NCBI GenBank assembly: GCA_016234845.1
Contig: JACRNP010000029.1
Location: forward strand, 1-59,324
Direction: 5' to 3'
Source: Deltaproteobacteria bacterium
GTDB taxonomy: Bacteria; Desulfobacterota; Deferrimicrobia; Deferrimicrobiales; Deferrimicrobiaceae
Length of the DNA: 59,324 nucleotides
The notes under the pieces were generated by a model. That model had not been told where the DNA came from. It worked only from the letters and a program-made list of their open reading frames with translations, and ran no database searches. Position 1 is the stretch's first letter. Each line of letters starts with the position of its first letter. Below, piece after piece: positions 28,016 to 37,404 of this stretch. Position numbers and translations under genes: made by a program.

Positions 28016-28306
28016 ATGACGAAGGCGGACCTGGTCGAGATCGTTTACGAGAAAATCGGGGGGCTCTCGAAAAAGGAGTCCCAGGATATCGTCGAGGCCA
28101 TCTTCGAAACGATGAAGGGAAGTCTCAAGGAAGGCGAGAAAATCAAGATCTCGGGCTTCGGCAACTTCACCCTCCGCGACAAGCGCCCGAGAAAAGGCCG
28201 CAATCCCCAGACCGGAGACGACATCCAGATCACGGCGCGCCGGGTGCTCACGTTCCGGCCGAGCCAGATCCTCAAAACCTACATCAACGAAGAGAAGCCC
28301 GCGTAA
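28016..28306 (+). CDS. ihfA: Integration host factor alpha subunit
   Basis: MTKADLVE, KISGFGNF, RKGRNPQTG; follows pheT. Confidence 0.92.
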   Translation: MTKADLVEIVYEKIGGLSKKESQDIVEAIFETMKGSLKEGEKIKISGFGNFTLRDKRPRKGRNPQTGDDIQITARRVLTFRPSQILKTYINEEKPA

Positions 28307-28320
28307 GAATCGGGGGGATA

Positions 28321-28674
28321 TTGGCAACACCCCAGATTCCGGACAAGTTCTACTTCAAGATCGGGGAAGTCAGCCGCATCTTGGGTGTGAAGCCTTACGT
28401 CCTGAGATTCTGGGAGACCGAATTCCGGCTGTCACCCGCGAAGAACCGGTCGCAGCACAGGGTTTACAAGCGTCAGGAGGTGGACACCCTCCTGGAGATC
28501 AAGCGGCTGTTGTACGTGGAAAAGTTCACGATCGACGGCGCGCGCACGAAACTGAAGGAGCGGCTGAAGGAGAAGCAGCGACAGCTGAAACTGGAGCTTA
28601 CGGAAAATCCCTTCAAGATCGAGCTTCGAGCCCTCAGGAAAGAGCTCGTCAAGATTCAATCGATACTTAAATGA
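28321..28674 (+). CDS. MerR-family transcriptional regulator
   Basis: IPDKFYFKIGEVS..LGVKPYVLRFWETEF; conserved position after ihfA. Confidence 0.88.
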   Translation: MATPQIPDKFYFKIGEVSRILGVKPYVLRFWETEFRLSPAKNRSQHRVYKRQEVDTLLEIKRLLYVEKFTIDGARTKLKERLKEKQRQLKLELTENPFKIELRALRKELVKIQSILK

Positions 28675-28690
28675 ACCCCGCTTAACGTAG

Positions 28691-28715
28691 TGATAATGCA
28701 AGACTTGCGTTATCA
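28691..28715. promoter_or_regulatory. 25-bp near-perfect palindrome, candidate operator
   Basis: TGATAATGCAAG-A-CTTGCGTTATCA, 11/12 arm match. Confidence 0.5.
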
Positions 28716-28741
28716 TATTCACAACAAGAGGTTGGGCTGAC

Positions 28742-29107
28742 ATGGAACGCGGCGACCGCCCGTGGGGACATTACCTCGTTCTCTTCGAGGACGCGGGATA
28801 CAAGGTGAAGCGGTTCGTTGTGATCCCGGGCAGGCGCTTGAGCCTCCAGCGGCACAGGATGCGCGCGGAGCACTGGCAGGTGGTACGGGGGGAGGCGCTG
28901 GTCACCTTGGGAACGGAGGTCGTGCGCCTCGGACCGGGCGGGACCGCCGTGATCCCGCTGGGCGCCCTGCATCGCGTGGAAAGCGTCGGGAAGGAGGACC
29001 TCGTCATCATCGAGGTCCAGATGGGGGAGTACGTCGGAGAGGACGACATCGAGCGGTTCGAGGACGATTTCGGAAGGGCGGAAACGGCGAACGCGCGGCG
29101 GAATTGA
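28742..29107 (+). CDS. Mannose-6-phosphate isomerase type II C-terminal (cupin) domain protein
   Basis: RPWGHY, YKVKR..V.PG.RLSLQRH..RAEHW, IIEVQMGEYVGEDDIERFEDDFGR. Confidence 0.88.
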   Translation: MERGDRPWGHYLVLFEDAGYKVKRFVVIPGRRLSLQRHRMRAEHWQVVRGEALVTLGTEVVRLGPGGTAVIPLGALHRVESVGKEDLVIIEVQMGEYVGEDDIERFEDDFGRAETANARRN

Positions 29108-29108
29108 G

Positions 29109-29137
29109 ATGACAACACCCACTTCGTCCGGTAAAAT
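29109..29137 (+). promoter_or_regulatory. Sigma70-type promoter for tRNA-Pro
   Basis: ATGACA-N17-TAAAAT, 15 nt upstream of the tRNA. Confidence 0.55.
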
Positions 29138-29152
29138 CGGTACTTCACGGAT

Positions 29153-29229
29153 CGGGACGTAGCGCAGCCTGGTAGCGCACCTGCATGGGGTGCAGGGGGC
29201 CGCTGGTTCAAGTCCAGTCGTCCCGACCA
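29153..29229 (+). tRNA. tRNA-Pro(GGG)
   Basis: 77-nt cloverleaf; CGGGACG/CGTCCCG acceptor stem, anticodon loop ATGGGGT, 3' CCA. Confidence 0.96.
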
Positions 29230-29238
29230 GCAGACCCG

Positions 29239-29274
29239 AAGGGGTTACGAGACGCGATCTCGTAACCCCTTTTC
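29239..29274 (+). terminator. Intrinsic terminator after tRNA-Pro
   Basis: AAGGGGTTACGAGA-CGCGA-TCTCGTAACCCCTT hairpin ending in a T run. Confidence 0.75.
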
Positions 29275-29300
29275 CATGAGAACCTCCAGGGGGTACGATC

Positions 29301-30059
29301 TTGGACTCGGACGGACACATCATCCTGGTCTCGAACGACGACGGCGTGCGCTCGGAAGGGATCGAGGCGCTCGCGGATGCGATGAGGGAGCTCGGCACGG
29401 TGTACGTGGTCGCGCCCGACCGGGAGCGCAGTGCGGCCAGCCACTCCCTGACCTTGAGTCACCCGCTTCGGGTGGAGAAGCTTGGGGCCCGCGTCTACTC
29501 GGTCGACGGCACTCCCACCGACTGCGTCAACCTCGGAGTGAACGGGATCCTGAAGGGGAAGAAGGTCGACCTCCTCGTTTCCGGAATCAACAAGGGGGCG
29601 AACCTCGGGGACGACATCACATACTCCGGAACCGTTTCCGCGGCGATGGAAGGGACGATGCTCGGCATCCCCTCGATCGCGGTTTCGCTCGTCACGAGGA
29701 GCAGGTTCCGTTTCGACGTGGCGGGGGAGTACGCGTTGGCGATCGCGCGGAAGGTGATGCGGCACGGGCTGCCGGACGACACCCTTCTGAACGTCAATGT
29801 CCCCAACATGGCGAAGGACGATATCGCCGGGGTGCGGATGACGCGAATGGGGAAGCGGGTATACGGGGACATGATCGTCGAGAAGCGGGACCCCCGGGGG
29901 CGGAAATATTACTGGATCGGAGGCGACCACCTGAGCAGCGAAGAGGTGCCGGGCTCCGACCTCGAGGCGGTCGAGGAGAACCACGTTTCGATCACCCCCA
30001 TCCACCTCGATCTCACGAACTACTCCGCGCTGCGGACTTTGAGGAAATGGACCTGGTGA
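29301..30059 (+). CDS. surE: 5'/3'-nucleotidase SurE
   Basis: ILVSNDDG, VAPDRERSAASH, GTPTDCV, SGINKGAN, YSGTVSAA. Confidence 0.95.
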   Translation: MDSDGHIILVSNDDGVRSEGIEALADAMRELGTVYVVAPDRERSAASHSLTLSHPLRVEKLGARVYSVDGTPTDCVNLGVNGILKGKKVDLLVSGINKGANLGDDITYSGTVSAAMEGTMLGIPSIAVSLVTRSRFRFDVAGEYALAIARKVMRHGLPDDTLLNVNVPNMAKDDIAGVRMTRMGKRVYGDMIVEKRDPRGRKYYWIGGDHLSSEEVPGSDLEAVEENHVSITPIHLDLTNYSALRTLRKWTW

Positions 30060-30697
30060 AGGAAGAGCTCCTCCGGCGCCGGATGGTCGAGGAGCAGATC
30101 CGCCGGCGGGGGGTTGCGGACGAACGGGTGCTCGCCGCGATGGAAGCGGTCCCCCGGCACCTCTTCGTCCCGGAGGAACTGCGGCACCTGGCGTACGCGG
30201 ACGATCCGCTCCCGATCGGCGAGGGGCAGACGATCTCCCAGCCGTACATCGTTGCGGAGATGACGGCGGCGCTTCGACTGTCCGGCGGCGAGAAGGTGCT
30301 GGAGATCGGCACCGGGTCCGGATACCAGACCGCGATCCTGGCCCGGATCTGCCAGGAGGTGTACACGGTGGAGCGCCTCCGGTCGCTCAGCGAGGAGGCG
30401 TCGAAGCGACTGCTGGCCCTCGGTGTGAGCAACGTCCATTACGAAGTGGGCGACGGATCGCTCGGGAGCCCGTCCAACGCGCCGTTCGACCGGGTCCTTT
30501 CCGCGGCCGCGTCCCCGGCGATGCCCTCCCCCTGGTTCGAACAGCTTGCGGAGGGCGGCATCATGGTGCTCCCGGTCGGCGGACGGATGGAGCAGTCGCT
30601 CGCGCGCGTCACGAAGCGGGGCGGGAAGCCGGTGTCCGAATACCTGGGTGGATGCCGGTTCGTCCCCCTCGTCGGGAAGCACGGGTTCCGAAGTTGA
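30047..30697 (+). CDS. pcm: Protein-L-isoaspartate O-methyltransferase
   Basis: VPRHLFVP, PIGEGQTISQP, VLEIGTGSGYQ, RFVPLVG. Confidence 0.95.
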   Translation: MDLVKEELLRRRMVEEQIRRRGVADERVLAAMEAVPRHLFVPEELRHLAYADDPLPIGEGQTISQPYIVAEMTAALRLSGGEKVLEIGTGSGYQTAILARICQEVYTVERLRSLSEEASKRLLALGVSNVHYEVGDGSLGSPSNAPFDRVLSAAASPAMPSPWFEQLAEGGIMVLPVGGRMEQSLARVTKRGGKPVSEYLGGCRFVPLVGKHGFRS

Positions 30698-31194
30698 GGA
30701 GGACGGTCTTCGCCGCCGCCTTCCTGGCGTCGGCTCTCTTCGCGGGTTGCGCGTCTCTTTCGCCGGATCGGATCCCGGGGGACGGTGCGGGGAGACCCTC
30801 GCCGGCCGACCGGCTCGCCGGCAGAAGATTCGCTCCGCCGGTCGCCGGCGTCGTTTCGTCCGGATTCGGGGGGAGGAGCGGAAGACTCCATGCGGGAGTG
30901 GACATCCCCGCTTCGCCGGGAACCGAAGTCCGGGCGGTCGACATCGGAGTGACGCTGTACGCGGGGAACGAACTTCGCGGCTACGGGAACGCCGTCATCC
31001 TGGAACACGGCGGAGGGGTGACCACGCTCTACGGACATCTCGGGACGATTCGTGTAAAATCGGGCGATGCCGTGCCGGCGGGGGGTGTCGTCGGGACGGT
31101 CGGACGCACGGGGAACGCGACGACGGACCACCTCCACTTCGAGCTGCGCCTCGACGGACAAGCGGTGGATCCGGCGCCCTACCTTCACGACTGA
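30694..31194 (+). CDS. M23-family metallopeptidase, probable lipoprotein (NlpD-like position)
   Basis: Lipobox LFAGC, HAGVD, GYGNAVILEH, LYGHL, HLHFE. Confidence 0.85.
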   Translation: MRRTVFAAAFLASALFAGCASLSPDRIPGDGAGRPSPADRLAGRRFAPPVAGVVSSGFGGRSGRLHAGVDIPASPGTEVRAVDIGVTLYAGNELRGYGNAVILEHGGGVTTLYGHLGTIRVKSGDAVPAGGVVGTVGRTGNATTDHLHFELRLDGQAVDPAPYLHD

Positions 31195-31203
31195 GGTGAC
31201 GCG

Positions 31204-31731
31204 ATGCCGATGAGCGATCTGAAGAAGAGGATCCGGAACGTCCCCGACTTCCCGAAGAAGGGGATCCAGTTCAAGGACATCACGACGCTCCTTTCCGACC
31301 CGGCGTCGTTCCAGCAGGCGATCGACCTGATGGCGCACCGGCACTTCGCGAAGGGGATCGACGCGGTGGTGGGAATCGAGGCGCGCGGATTCGTCATGGG
31401 CGCGGCGATGGCGTACAAGCTCGGGACCGGCGTGCTCCTCGTCCGGAAGCCCGGGAAGCTCCCGCACAAGACCGTGTCCGCTTCCTACGACCTCGAGTAC
31501 GGGAAGGACCGGCTCGAGATCCACGAGGACTCGATCCGTCCCGGGATGCGGGTCGTCGTGGCGGACGACGTGCTGGCGACCGGCGGGACGGTTTCGGCGG
31601 TGGTCGGGCTCCTGAACCGGCTCGGGGCGGTTGTTGTAGAATGTTCCTTCCTCGCGGAGCTCACCGCGCTCAAGGGCCGTGAGCGCCTCAAGGGGCAGAA
31701 GGTGTATTCTTTGCTGCAATTCGAGGATTGA
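31204..31731 (+). CDS. apt: Adenine phosphoribosyltransferase
   Basis: [41 protein letters not shown]. Confidence 0.96.
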   Translation: MPMSDLKKRIRNVPDFPKKGIQFKDITTLLSDPASFQQAIDLMAHRHFAKGIDAVVGIEARGFVMGAAMAYKLGTGVLLVRKPGKLPHKTVSASYDLEYGKDRLEIHEDSIRPGMRVVVADDVLATGGTVSAVVGLLNRLGAVVVECSFLAELTALKGRERLKGQKVYSLLQFED

Positions 31732-31749
31732 CCCCGGGGAGGGGAGCGC

Positions 31750-31826
31750 GCCCCCGTAGCTCAGGCGGACAGAGCAGAGGTTTCCTAAACCTTTGGCCGG
31801 GTGTTCGAGTCACCCCGGGGGCGCCA
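31750..31826 (+). tRNA. tRNA-Arg(CCT)
   Basis: 77-nt cloverleaf; GCCCCCG/CGGGGGC acceptor stem, anticodon loop TTCCTAA, 3' CCA. Confidence 0.94.
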
Positions 31827-31860
31827 TCGAATCCACATCCTTGAACGGGAGATGCGCCCG

Positions 31861-33750
31861 ATGACCGTGGAGGCAACCGAACGGGACGAGCGAAGGTATC
31901 GCGATCTCTTCGATCACATGCAGGAGGGATTCGCGTACTGCAGGATGAAGTACGTCAACGGCGATGCGGTCGATTTCACCTACCTGTCGGTCAACAAGGC
32001 GTTCCAGAAGCTGACGGGCCTCGAGAACGTCGAGGGGAGACCGGTCAGCGAGGTGATACCGGGGATTCGCGCGTCCGATCCCGGGCTGTTCGAGATCTAC
32101 GGGCGCGTCGCGACCACCGGCAAGCCGGAAAAGTTCGAGACGTACGTCAAGGGGCTGGGCCAGTGGTTTTCCGTCTCCGTCTACAGCCCGGAGCCGGAGC
32201 ACTTCGTCGCCGTGTTCGACGTCGTCACGGACCGGAAACGGTCGGAGGAGACCGCCCGGAGGGAGACCTCCCTGCGGAACGTCCTGCTGGACAATCTCCC
32301 GTGCGTCGCCCTGGTCCTGCGGAAGAAAACCCGGGAGATCGTCGCCTGCAACGAGATGGCGAAGAGGTACGGAGCCGTCGTCGGCAGGGTGTGCTACGAC
32401 GTCCTCGCGGTTCCCGGGACGCCCTGCCCGTTCTGCCTTGCCCCCGAGGTATGGGAGACCAGCGGGTCCCGCCAGGTCGAAGCCGGATACATGGGGAAGC
32501 ACTGGTTGGGGATCTGGGTCCCGTTCTCCGACGACCTGTACGTGCATTACATCTTCGAGATCACCGATCGGAAGCGCGCGGAAGAGGAGCGCAGCCGCCT
32601 GCAGTCGCAGCTTCAGCAGGCGATGAAGATGGAGGCGGTGGGCCGGCTGGCGGGCGGGGTGGCGCACGATTTCAACAATCTGCTCACGGTGATCCTCGGG
32701 AACCTCTCGCTTGCGCTGGGGAAGGTGTCGTCCGGCGACGCGGTGGCGGAGATGCTGGGGGAGGCGAACCGCGCGGCGGAGCGGGCCGCCCGGCTGACCC
32801 AGCAGCTGCTGGCGTTCTCGCGGAAGCAGATCATCGAGCCGAAGGTCCTGGACCCGAACGGGCTGGTGATGAACCTGCACACGATGCTGTCGCGCCTGAT
32901 CGGCGAGAACATCGCTCTGGTTCCGCTGCCGGGAGCGGGTGTGGGATTGGTGAAGGTCGACCCGGGGCAGTTCGAGCAGATCCTGGTGAACCTGGCGGTG
33001 AACGCACGGGACGCGATGCCGGACGGCGGCCGCCTGACGATCGAGACGTCGAACGCGGAGCTGGACGCGTCGTACTGCGCGCGGAACCCGGACGTTTCTC
33101 CTGGCCGGTACGTCCTGGTGTCGGTGGGGGACACGGGCTGCGGAATGACCGACGAGGTGAAGGCGAAGATCTTCGAGCCGTTCTTCACGACGAAGGAAAA
33201 GGGGAGCGGGACGGGACTCGGGCTGTCGATGACGCACGGCGCGGTGAAGCAGGCGGGGGGCTCGATCGCGGTGACGTCGGAGGTCGGAAAGGGGACGACG
33301 GTCCGGATCTACCTTCCGCGGGTGGAGGGCGAGAAGGCGCGGGTAGTGGAGGATCCGGCCTCGGAGGAGTTTCCCGGGGGGACGGAGACGGTCCTCCTGG
33401 TAGAGGACGAGGAGATGGTGCGGGAGCTTGGCGCCCGCGTGCTGGAGCGTCTGGGGTACAAGGTCCTCATGGCGTCGGGGGGCGCGGAGGCGGTCGCGGT
33501 GGCCCGGGAGTTCTCCGGCGGGATCGACCTGCTGTTGACCGACGTCGTGATGCCGGGGATGAACGGGAGCGAACTGGCGTCGCAGCTGATCCTCCTGCAC
33601 CCGGATATGAAAGTGCTCTTCACGTCCGGGTACACGGAAAACGCGATCGTCCACCACGGGGTGCTGGACGAAGGGGTCTCCTTCATCTGGAAACCGTACA
33701 CGCCCTCTTCGCTGGCGTGGAAGATCCGGGGGGTGCTGAACGGAAGATGA
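31861..33750 (+). CDS. Hybrid sensor histidine kinase (PAS-PAS-HisKA-HATPase-REC)
   Basis: GGVAHDFNNLL H-box, NLAVNARDAM, FEPFFTTK..GSGTGLGL, LLTDVVMPGMNG receiver. Confidence 0.92.
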   Translation: MTVEATERDERRYRDLFDHMQEGFAYCRMKYVNGDAVDFTYLSVNKAFQKLTGLENVEGRPVSEVIPGIRASDPGLFEIYGRVATTGKPEKFETYVKGLGQWFSVSVYSPEPEHFVAVFDVVTDRKRSEETARRETSLRNVLLDNLPCVALVLRKKTREIVACNEMAKRYGAVVGRVCYDVLAVPGTPCPFCLAPEVWETSGSRQVEAGYMGKHWLGIWVPFSDDLYVHYIFEITDRKRAEEERSRLQSQLQQAMKMEAVGRLAGGVAHDFNNLLTVILGNLSLALGKVSSGDAVAEMLGEANRAAERAARLTQQLLAFSRKQIIEPKVLDPNGLVMNLHTMLSRLIGENIALVPLPGAGVGLVKVDPGQFEQILVNLAVNARDAMPDGGRLTIETSNAELDASYCARNPDVSPGRYVLVSVGDTGCGMTDEVKAKIFEPFFTTKEKGSGTGLGLSMTHGAVKQAGGSIAVTSEVGKGTTVRIYLPRVEGEKARVVEDPASEEFPGGTETVLLVEDEEMVRELGARVLERLGYKVLMASGGAEAVAVAREFSGGIDLLLTDVVMPGMNGSELASQLILLHPDMKVLFTSGYTENAIVHHGVLDEGVSFIWKPYTPSSLAWKIRGVLNGR

Positions 33751-33774
33751 AGGGCCGGGGCCCGGAGAGCCGGG

Positions 33775-33957
33775 TCACACGGGGGGGGCCAGCTTCTTCT
33801 CCCGCTCGATGAAACGCTCCACGTCCTTTCGGCGGAAACGCCACTGGTTGCCGCTCTTGAATCCCTTCAGGAGACCCCTGCGGGCCATGTCGTTCACGGC
33901 GTCCGGGCTCAGGTCGAGCAGTATGGCCAGATCGCGCGTCTTCAGGACATTGGGCAT
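33775..33957 (-). CDS. Small excisionase-like helix-turn-helix DNA-binding protein (HTH_17-like); alternative TTG start at 33972
   Basis: LKTRDLAILLDLSPDAVNDMARRGLLKGFKSGNQWRFRRKDVERFI. Confidence 0.8.
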   Translation of the reverse strand: MPNVLKTRDLAILLDLSPDAVNDMARRGLLKGFKSGNQWRFRRKDVERFIEREKKLAPPV

Positions 33958-34110
33958 GGTTTCCAGGATCAAGCGAACCCCCGAGCGGCGGACCCGATGC
34001 GATGGGTCAAAAATAACATACCGTTATATTGTTGTAAATGGAGTATTTTCGTGAATGCATTATTTCTTTCGTTTTATTATCAATAAGATACGCGAAGGAG
34101 CCGATCGGAC

Positions 34111-34776
34111 GTGCGGGTTTTCCTCTATTCCTTGATTTCGATCCCCATCCTGTTCGCAGACGCCGTTCTTCTCTACTCGTTTCCGGCGCGGACGATTGGA
34201 CGATTCTCCCCGCTGCAATGGGGGCAGGTCGGCGGAGGGGCGTTGATCTACTTCCTCTTCCATTTCATCGTGCGGAAACCGGAGCGGATGTACCTCTGGG
34301 CCCACGAATTCACGCACCTGATCGTGGCGAAGATGTTCTTCCGGGAGGTTCACGGTTTCCACATCACTTCCCGCTCGGGGGGAAAGGTGGTGATGGACGG
34401 GACCAACGTCGCGATCGACCTCGCCCCGTACGCGGTGCCGCTCTACAACGCGGCGGCCCTGGTCCCGATCGCGCTGCTCCGTGGGAAGTACGAGCACGCG
34501 GAGGGGATCTACCTCTGCGGCGCGGCGTTCCTGTTCACGATGCACCTGTGGTTTTCGGCGGAAGGCTTCCTGAACGGACAACCGGACGTCCGGCGCAGCG
34601 GGCGGATGTTTTCCGGCGCGGTGGTTCTCCTGTTCCTGACGCTCTGGATTCCGTTCCTCGTCGCGCCGGGAACGGGCGCCGGGTTCCACGGTCTCCACCA
34701 CCTCTACCGCGCATGGCTGGGGAAGGGATTCGCCGTGGGCCGCGAACTACTTTCGCGGGGAGTCGCCCTTTTTTAA
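34111..34776 (+). CDS. Membrane zinc metalloprotease-like protein (M50-like)
   Basis: HEFTH (HExxH) motif and LAPY within several TM segments. Confidence 0.65.
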   Translation: MRVFLYSLISIPILFADAVLLYSFPARTIGRFSPLQWGQVGGGALIYFLFHFIVRKPERMYLWAHEFTHLIVAKMFFREVHGFHITSRSGGKVVMDGTNVAIDLAPYAVPLYNAAALVPIALLRGKYEHAEGIYLCGAAFLFTMHLWFSAEGFLNGQPDVRRSGRMFSGAVVLLFLTLWIPFLVAPGTGAGFHGLHHLYRAWLGKGFAVGRELLSRGVALF

Positions 34777-35316
34777 TCCCGCGACGATCGCGTCGGCGTT
34801 CGTAAGGAATTCCCGGATCCGATCCGCCGTCCACGCTCCGCGCACGACGCCTGCCCCGTCCACCAGGACGGCGGTCGGCGTTTTCTCGACCCCGTACGGG
34901 TCCGACGCGATGAAGAAGTCGTTCCGGAGATCGTCGAGGCCGACCGGCATCCGCAGCCCCGTCTCCTTCCGGAAGGAGCGGACGGCGTTGGAGAACCGTT
35001 TCCCGTCGAGATTCACCCCGACCGTGCGCAGGGACGCACCGCGCCGGGTGCCGTATCCGTCGATCTCCGGAACCAGTTCCTTGCACGTGGGACAGAAGAC
35101 GGACCAGAAGACGACCAGGGTCGGTTTCCCGCTCCCGGGCCGGAACGAAACATCCTTTCCGTCGATGTCCTTCAACGAGAATCCGGGGGCCTTTTCGCCG
35201 GATCGGACCAGGGGCCGCAGGGCCTGCATTTCCGCGCCGACTCCCGAAGCGGCGGCGGCGAGGACCGAGGCGGCGACCACGACGGCTCCGATCCGCCTGC
35301 GAACGATTCCCGGCAC
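34747..35316 (-). CDS. Exported TlpA/ResA-like thioredoxin-fold protein
   Basis: Signal peptide, APGFSLKDIDG, FWSVFCPTC, YGVEKTPT. Confidence 0.85.
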   Translation of the reverse strand: MPGIVRRRIGAVVVAASVLAAAASGVGAEMQALRPLVRSGEKAPGFSLKDIDGKDVSFRPGSGKPTLVVFWSVFCPTCKELVPEIDGYGTRRGASLRTVGVNLDGKRFSNAVRSFRKETGLRMPVGLDDLRNDFFIASDPYGVEKTPTAVLVDGAGVVRGAWTADRIREFLTNADAIVAGLKKGDSPRK

Positions 35317-35321
35317 AGGCT

Positions 35322-35852
35322 CTACTCCTTTTCCTGCCGGATCCGCTGGATGACCTCCGCGATCCTCTCCTGCGTCGCCCAGTAGTAGTTCGCCTCGGCG
35401 TACCGGATGATCCCCTTCCGGTCGAGGATGACGCTGGTGGGGAGCGCATTGATGCCGAAGGCGTGCCAGGCGTCGAGGTTCCTGTCGAGCAGCACCGGAA
35501 AGTCGATCTTCCACTCCTTCAACGTGTTCTTCACCCGCTCGATGTGCGCCCGGGAGATGTTCTGGCTCTCCTGGTTGACGGCGAGCACCACGATGTCGGG
35601 GCTCGATTTGTAGATTCCCTGCAGGAACGTCAATTCCTCCCCGCAGCGCGGACACCACGATGCCCAGAAGGCGATCAGGACGATCTTCCCCTTGTAGGAG
35701 GATATATCCACGCTCGCTCCCTCGATGGTGGGCAGGGTCACCTTGGGGACCGGCTGCCCGACCTCCACGGTGAGGGCGGACGCGGGGGTCGGCGGGAGTA
35801 CGGACAGGCAGAGCGCCAGGGCGAGGACGATCGCGGAGATGGCACGGCGCAT
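35322..35852 (-). CDS. Exported TlpA/ResA-like thioredoxin-fold protein
   Basis: Signal peptide, FWASWCPRC, FGINALPTSVILDRKG. Confidence 0.88.
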   Translation of the reverse strand: MRRAISAIVLALALCLSVLPPTPASALTVEVGQPVPKVTLPTIEGASVDISSYKGKIVLIAFWASWCPRCGEELTFLQGIYKSSPDIVVLAVNQESQNISRAHIERVKNTLKEWKIDFPVLLDRNLDAWHAFGINALPTSVILDRKGIIRYAEANYYWATQERIAEVIQRIRQEKE

Positions 35853-35856
35853 GGAA

Positions 35857-37404
35857 TCAGGCTCCTTTCGGCGGTGAAGGGTGGCAGCCAAAGCAGATGC
35901 TACGGAAATCGGCGCGAGGAAGGAAGTCTTTTTCGGCGAGCGCCCCTTCCGGCAGATACTTGTGGTCGTGTACCGAAGGGGACCCGCCGCGGATCCTCGC
36001 GACCGGATGGCAGGAGAGGCACTCCCCGGCGCGATCGGTCTCGCGGCCGTGGTGGCGGGGCGGCGGAAGCACCCGCCCGTCGTGGCAGGACAGGCAGAAT
36101 TCCCGGGCGCTCATCTTCCTCGGAGCGGAGCGGGCGTCGATCCGATCGGGCCCCCCGCGGAAGTTCTTGCACAGGTCGCACGTCGCCCCCTCGACGATGA
36201 GCATGCGGGACGCCCAGAAGGCGAACTGGGAGCGGCGATCGGCGTAGCTCCCGTCCCCCCGGAAGGTGGTGTCGTCCTGCCCCGGCTTCGGGATCAGCCC
36301 CTGGAAATGCTTCGCGAGGTTCCCGCCGGGCTGATACCCGACCGGGAACCGGTATTCGCCGGTCATGTCGTGCCCGGTGGTGTGGCAGGACTCGCAGATC
36401 ATGGTCCTTCGATTCGGGGAAAGCTTTCCGGGATGCACGATCTTTGCCGGCGTGCCGCCGCTCTCGGCGTGCGCACGGCCCGGCCCGTGGCACGCCTCGC
36501 ACCCGACCCCTTCCTCCACGAACGCCGGGAGGGAAGGGTCGTACCCGGTGACGTGGCACCCCGCGCACGACTTTCTCCAGTCGGGCTCCCGCCAGTACCC
36601 GAGGTTCCACTTCCCCTCGCGGATGATCCAGATCGGCGTGCGGACCACGAGCGCGTCCCCCTTCCGGCTGATGAACCGCTGGGCGGTCCGGCTTCCGAGG
36701 ATGTACGCGATCTCCGAAGGGGGGAACGGCGTGTTGTTGTCGAACTTCGCGAGCAGCGCGTCCGGGTGATTCTTGGGGGAGCGGAGCATGCGGGCGTGCG
36801 GGGAGCGCCGCCACTCGGCGTATTCCTTGCGGTGGCAGCGCGAACAGGTCCGGGACCCCGCGTACGAGGCGGTATCGGTGCGCCCGGGAGACGGATTCGA
36901 TGCGATGGCGCCGGGGGTGTGGCATCGCCCGCACAGTTCGCCTTCGGAATTCGGCACCCGCAGGAAGTAGGTCCGGAACCGTGGGGAGAAGTGCGGGAAC
37001 ACGGTGTCCCGGATCTTTTCGAGCAGCGGCCTGCCGGTGTGGCGCCGGCTCGAGATGGGCGCGGCGTGGGGCGCGTGGCACGTGATGCACGTCATCGTGC
37101 CGTCGCTGTCCAGAGGGAGCGAACCGGAGATGCCCCTCCGCGGCGCGATGTCGATCGGGTGCGTGACGTGGGATGCGTGGCATCGGGTGCAGAGGGAATA
37201 GATGTCCCGCCGGAAATTCATCTGGCGATACGGCCTTCCCGCCTCCGGCCGTTCGTCGATATGGCATTCCGCGCACCGGGACGGGTCGCGCAGCGCCGCG
37301 TGCGGGTCCGAGGCGGTGGAGTGGCTGAAGAGGATCGACTCGGCCGCGTACGCGAAGCCGTACGCGGCGAGGAGGACGGCCAGGATGCGGGCGGCTCGTT
37401 TCAA
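35857..37404 (-). CDS. Exported multiheme c-type cytochrome (11 CxxCH + 1 CxxCK)
   Basis: Motifs counted in the translation; signal peptide ...AYGFAYA; TTG start overlaps upstream stop (TTGA). Confidence 0.9.
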   Translation of the reverse strand: MKRAARILAVLLAAYGFAYAAESILFSHSTASDPHAALRDPSRCAECHIDERPEAGRPYRQMNFRRDIYSLCTRCHASHVTHPIDIAPRRGISGSLPLDSDGTMTCITCHAPHAAPISSRRHTGRPLLEKIRDTVFPHFSPRFRTYFLRVPNSEGELCGRCHTPGAIASNPSPGRTDTASYAGSRTCSRCHRKEYAEWRRSPHARMLRSPKNHPDALLAKFDNNTPFPPSEIAYILGSRTAQRFISRKGDALVVRTPIWIIREGKWNLGYWREPDWRKSCAGCHVTGYDPSLPAFVEEGVGCEACHGPGRAHAESGGTPAKIVHPGKLSPNRRTMICESCHTTGHDMTGEYRFPVGYQPGGNLAKHFQGLIPKPGQDDTTFRGDGSYADRRSQFAFWASRMLIVEGATCDLCKNFRGGPDRIDARSAPRKMSAREFCLSCHDGRVLPPPRHHGRETDRAGECLSCHPVARIRGGSPSVHDHKYLPEGALAEKDFLPRADFRSICFGCHPSPPKGA

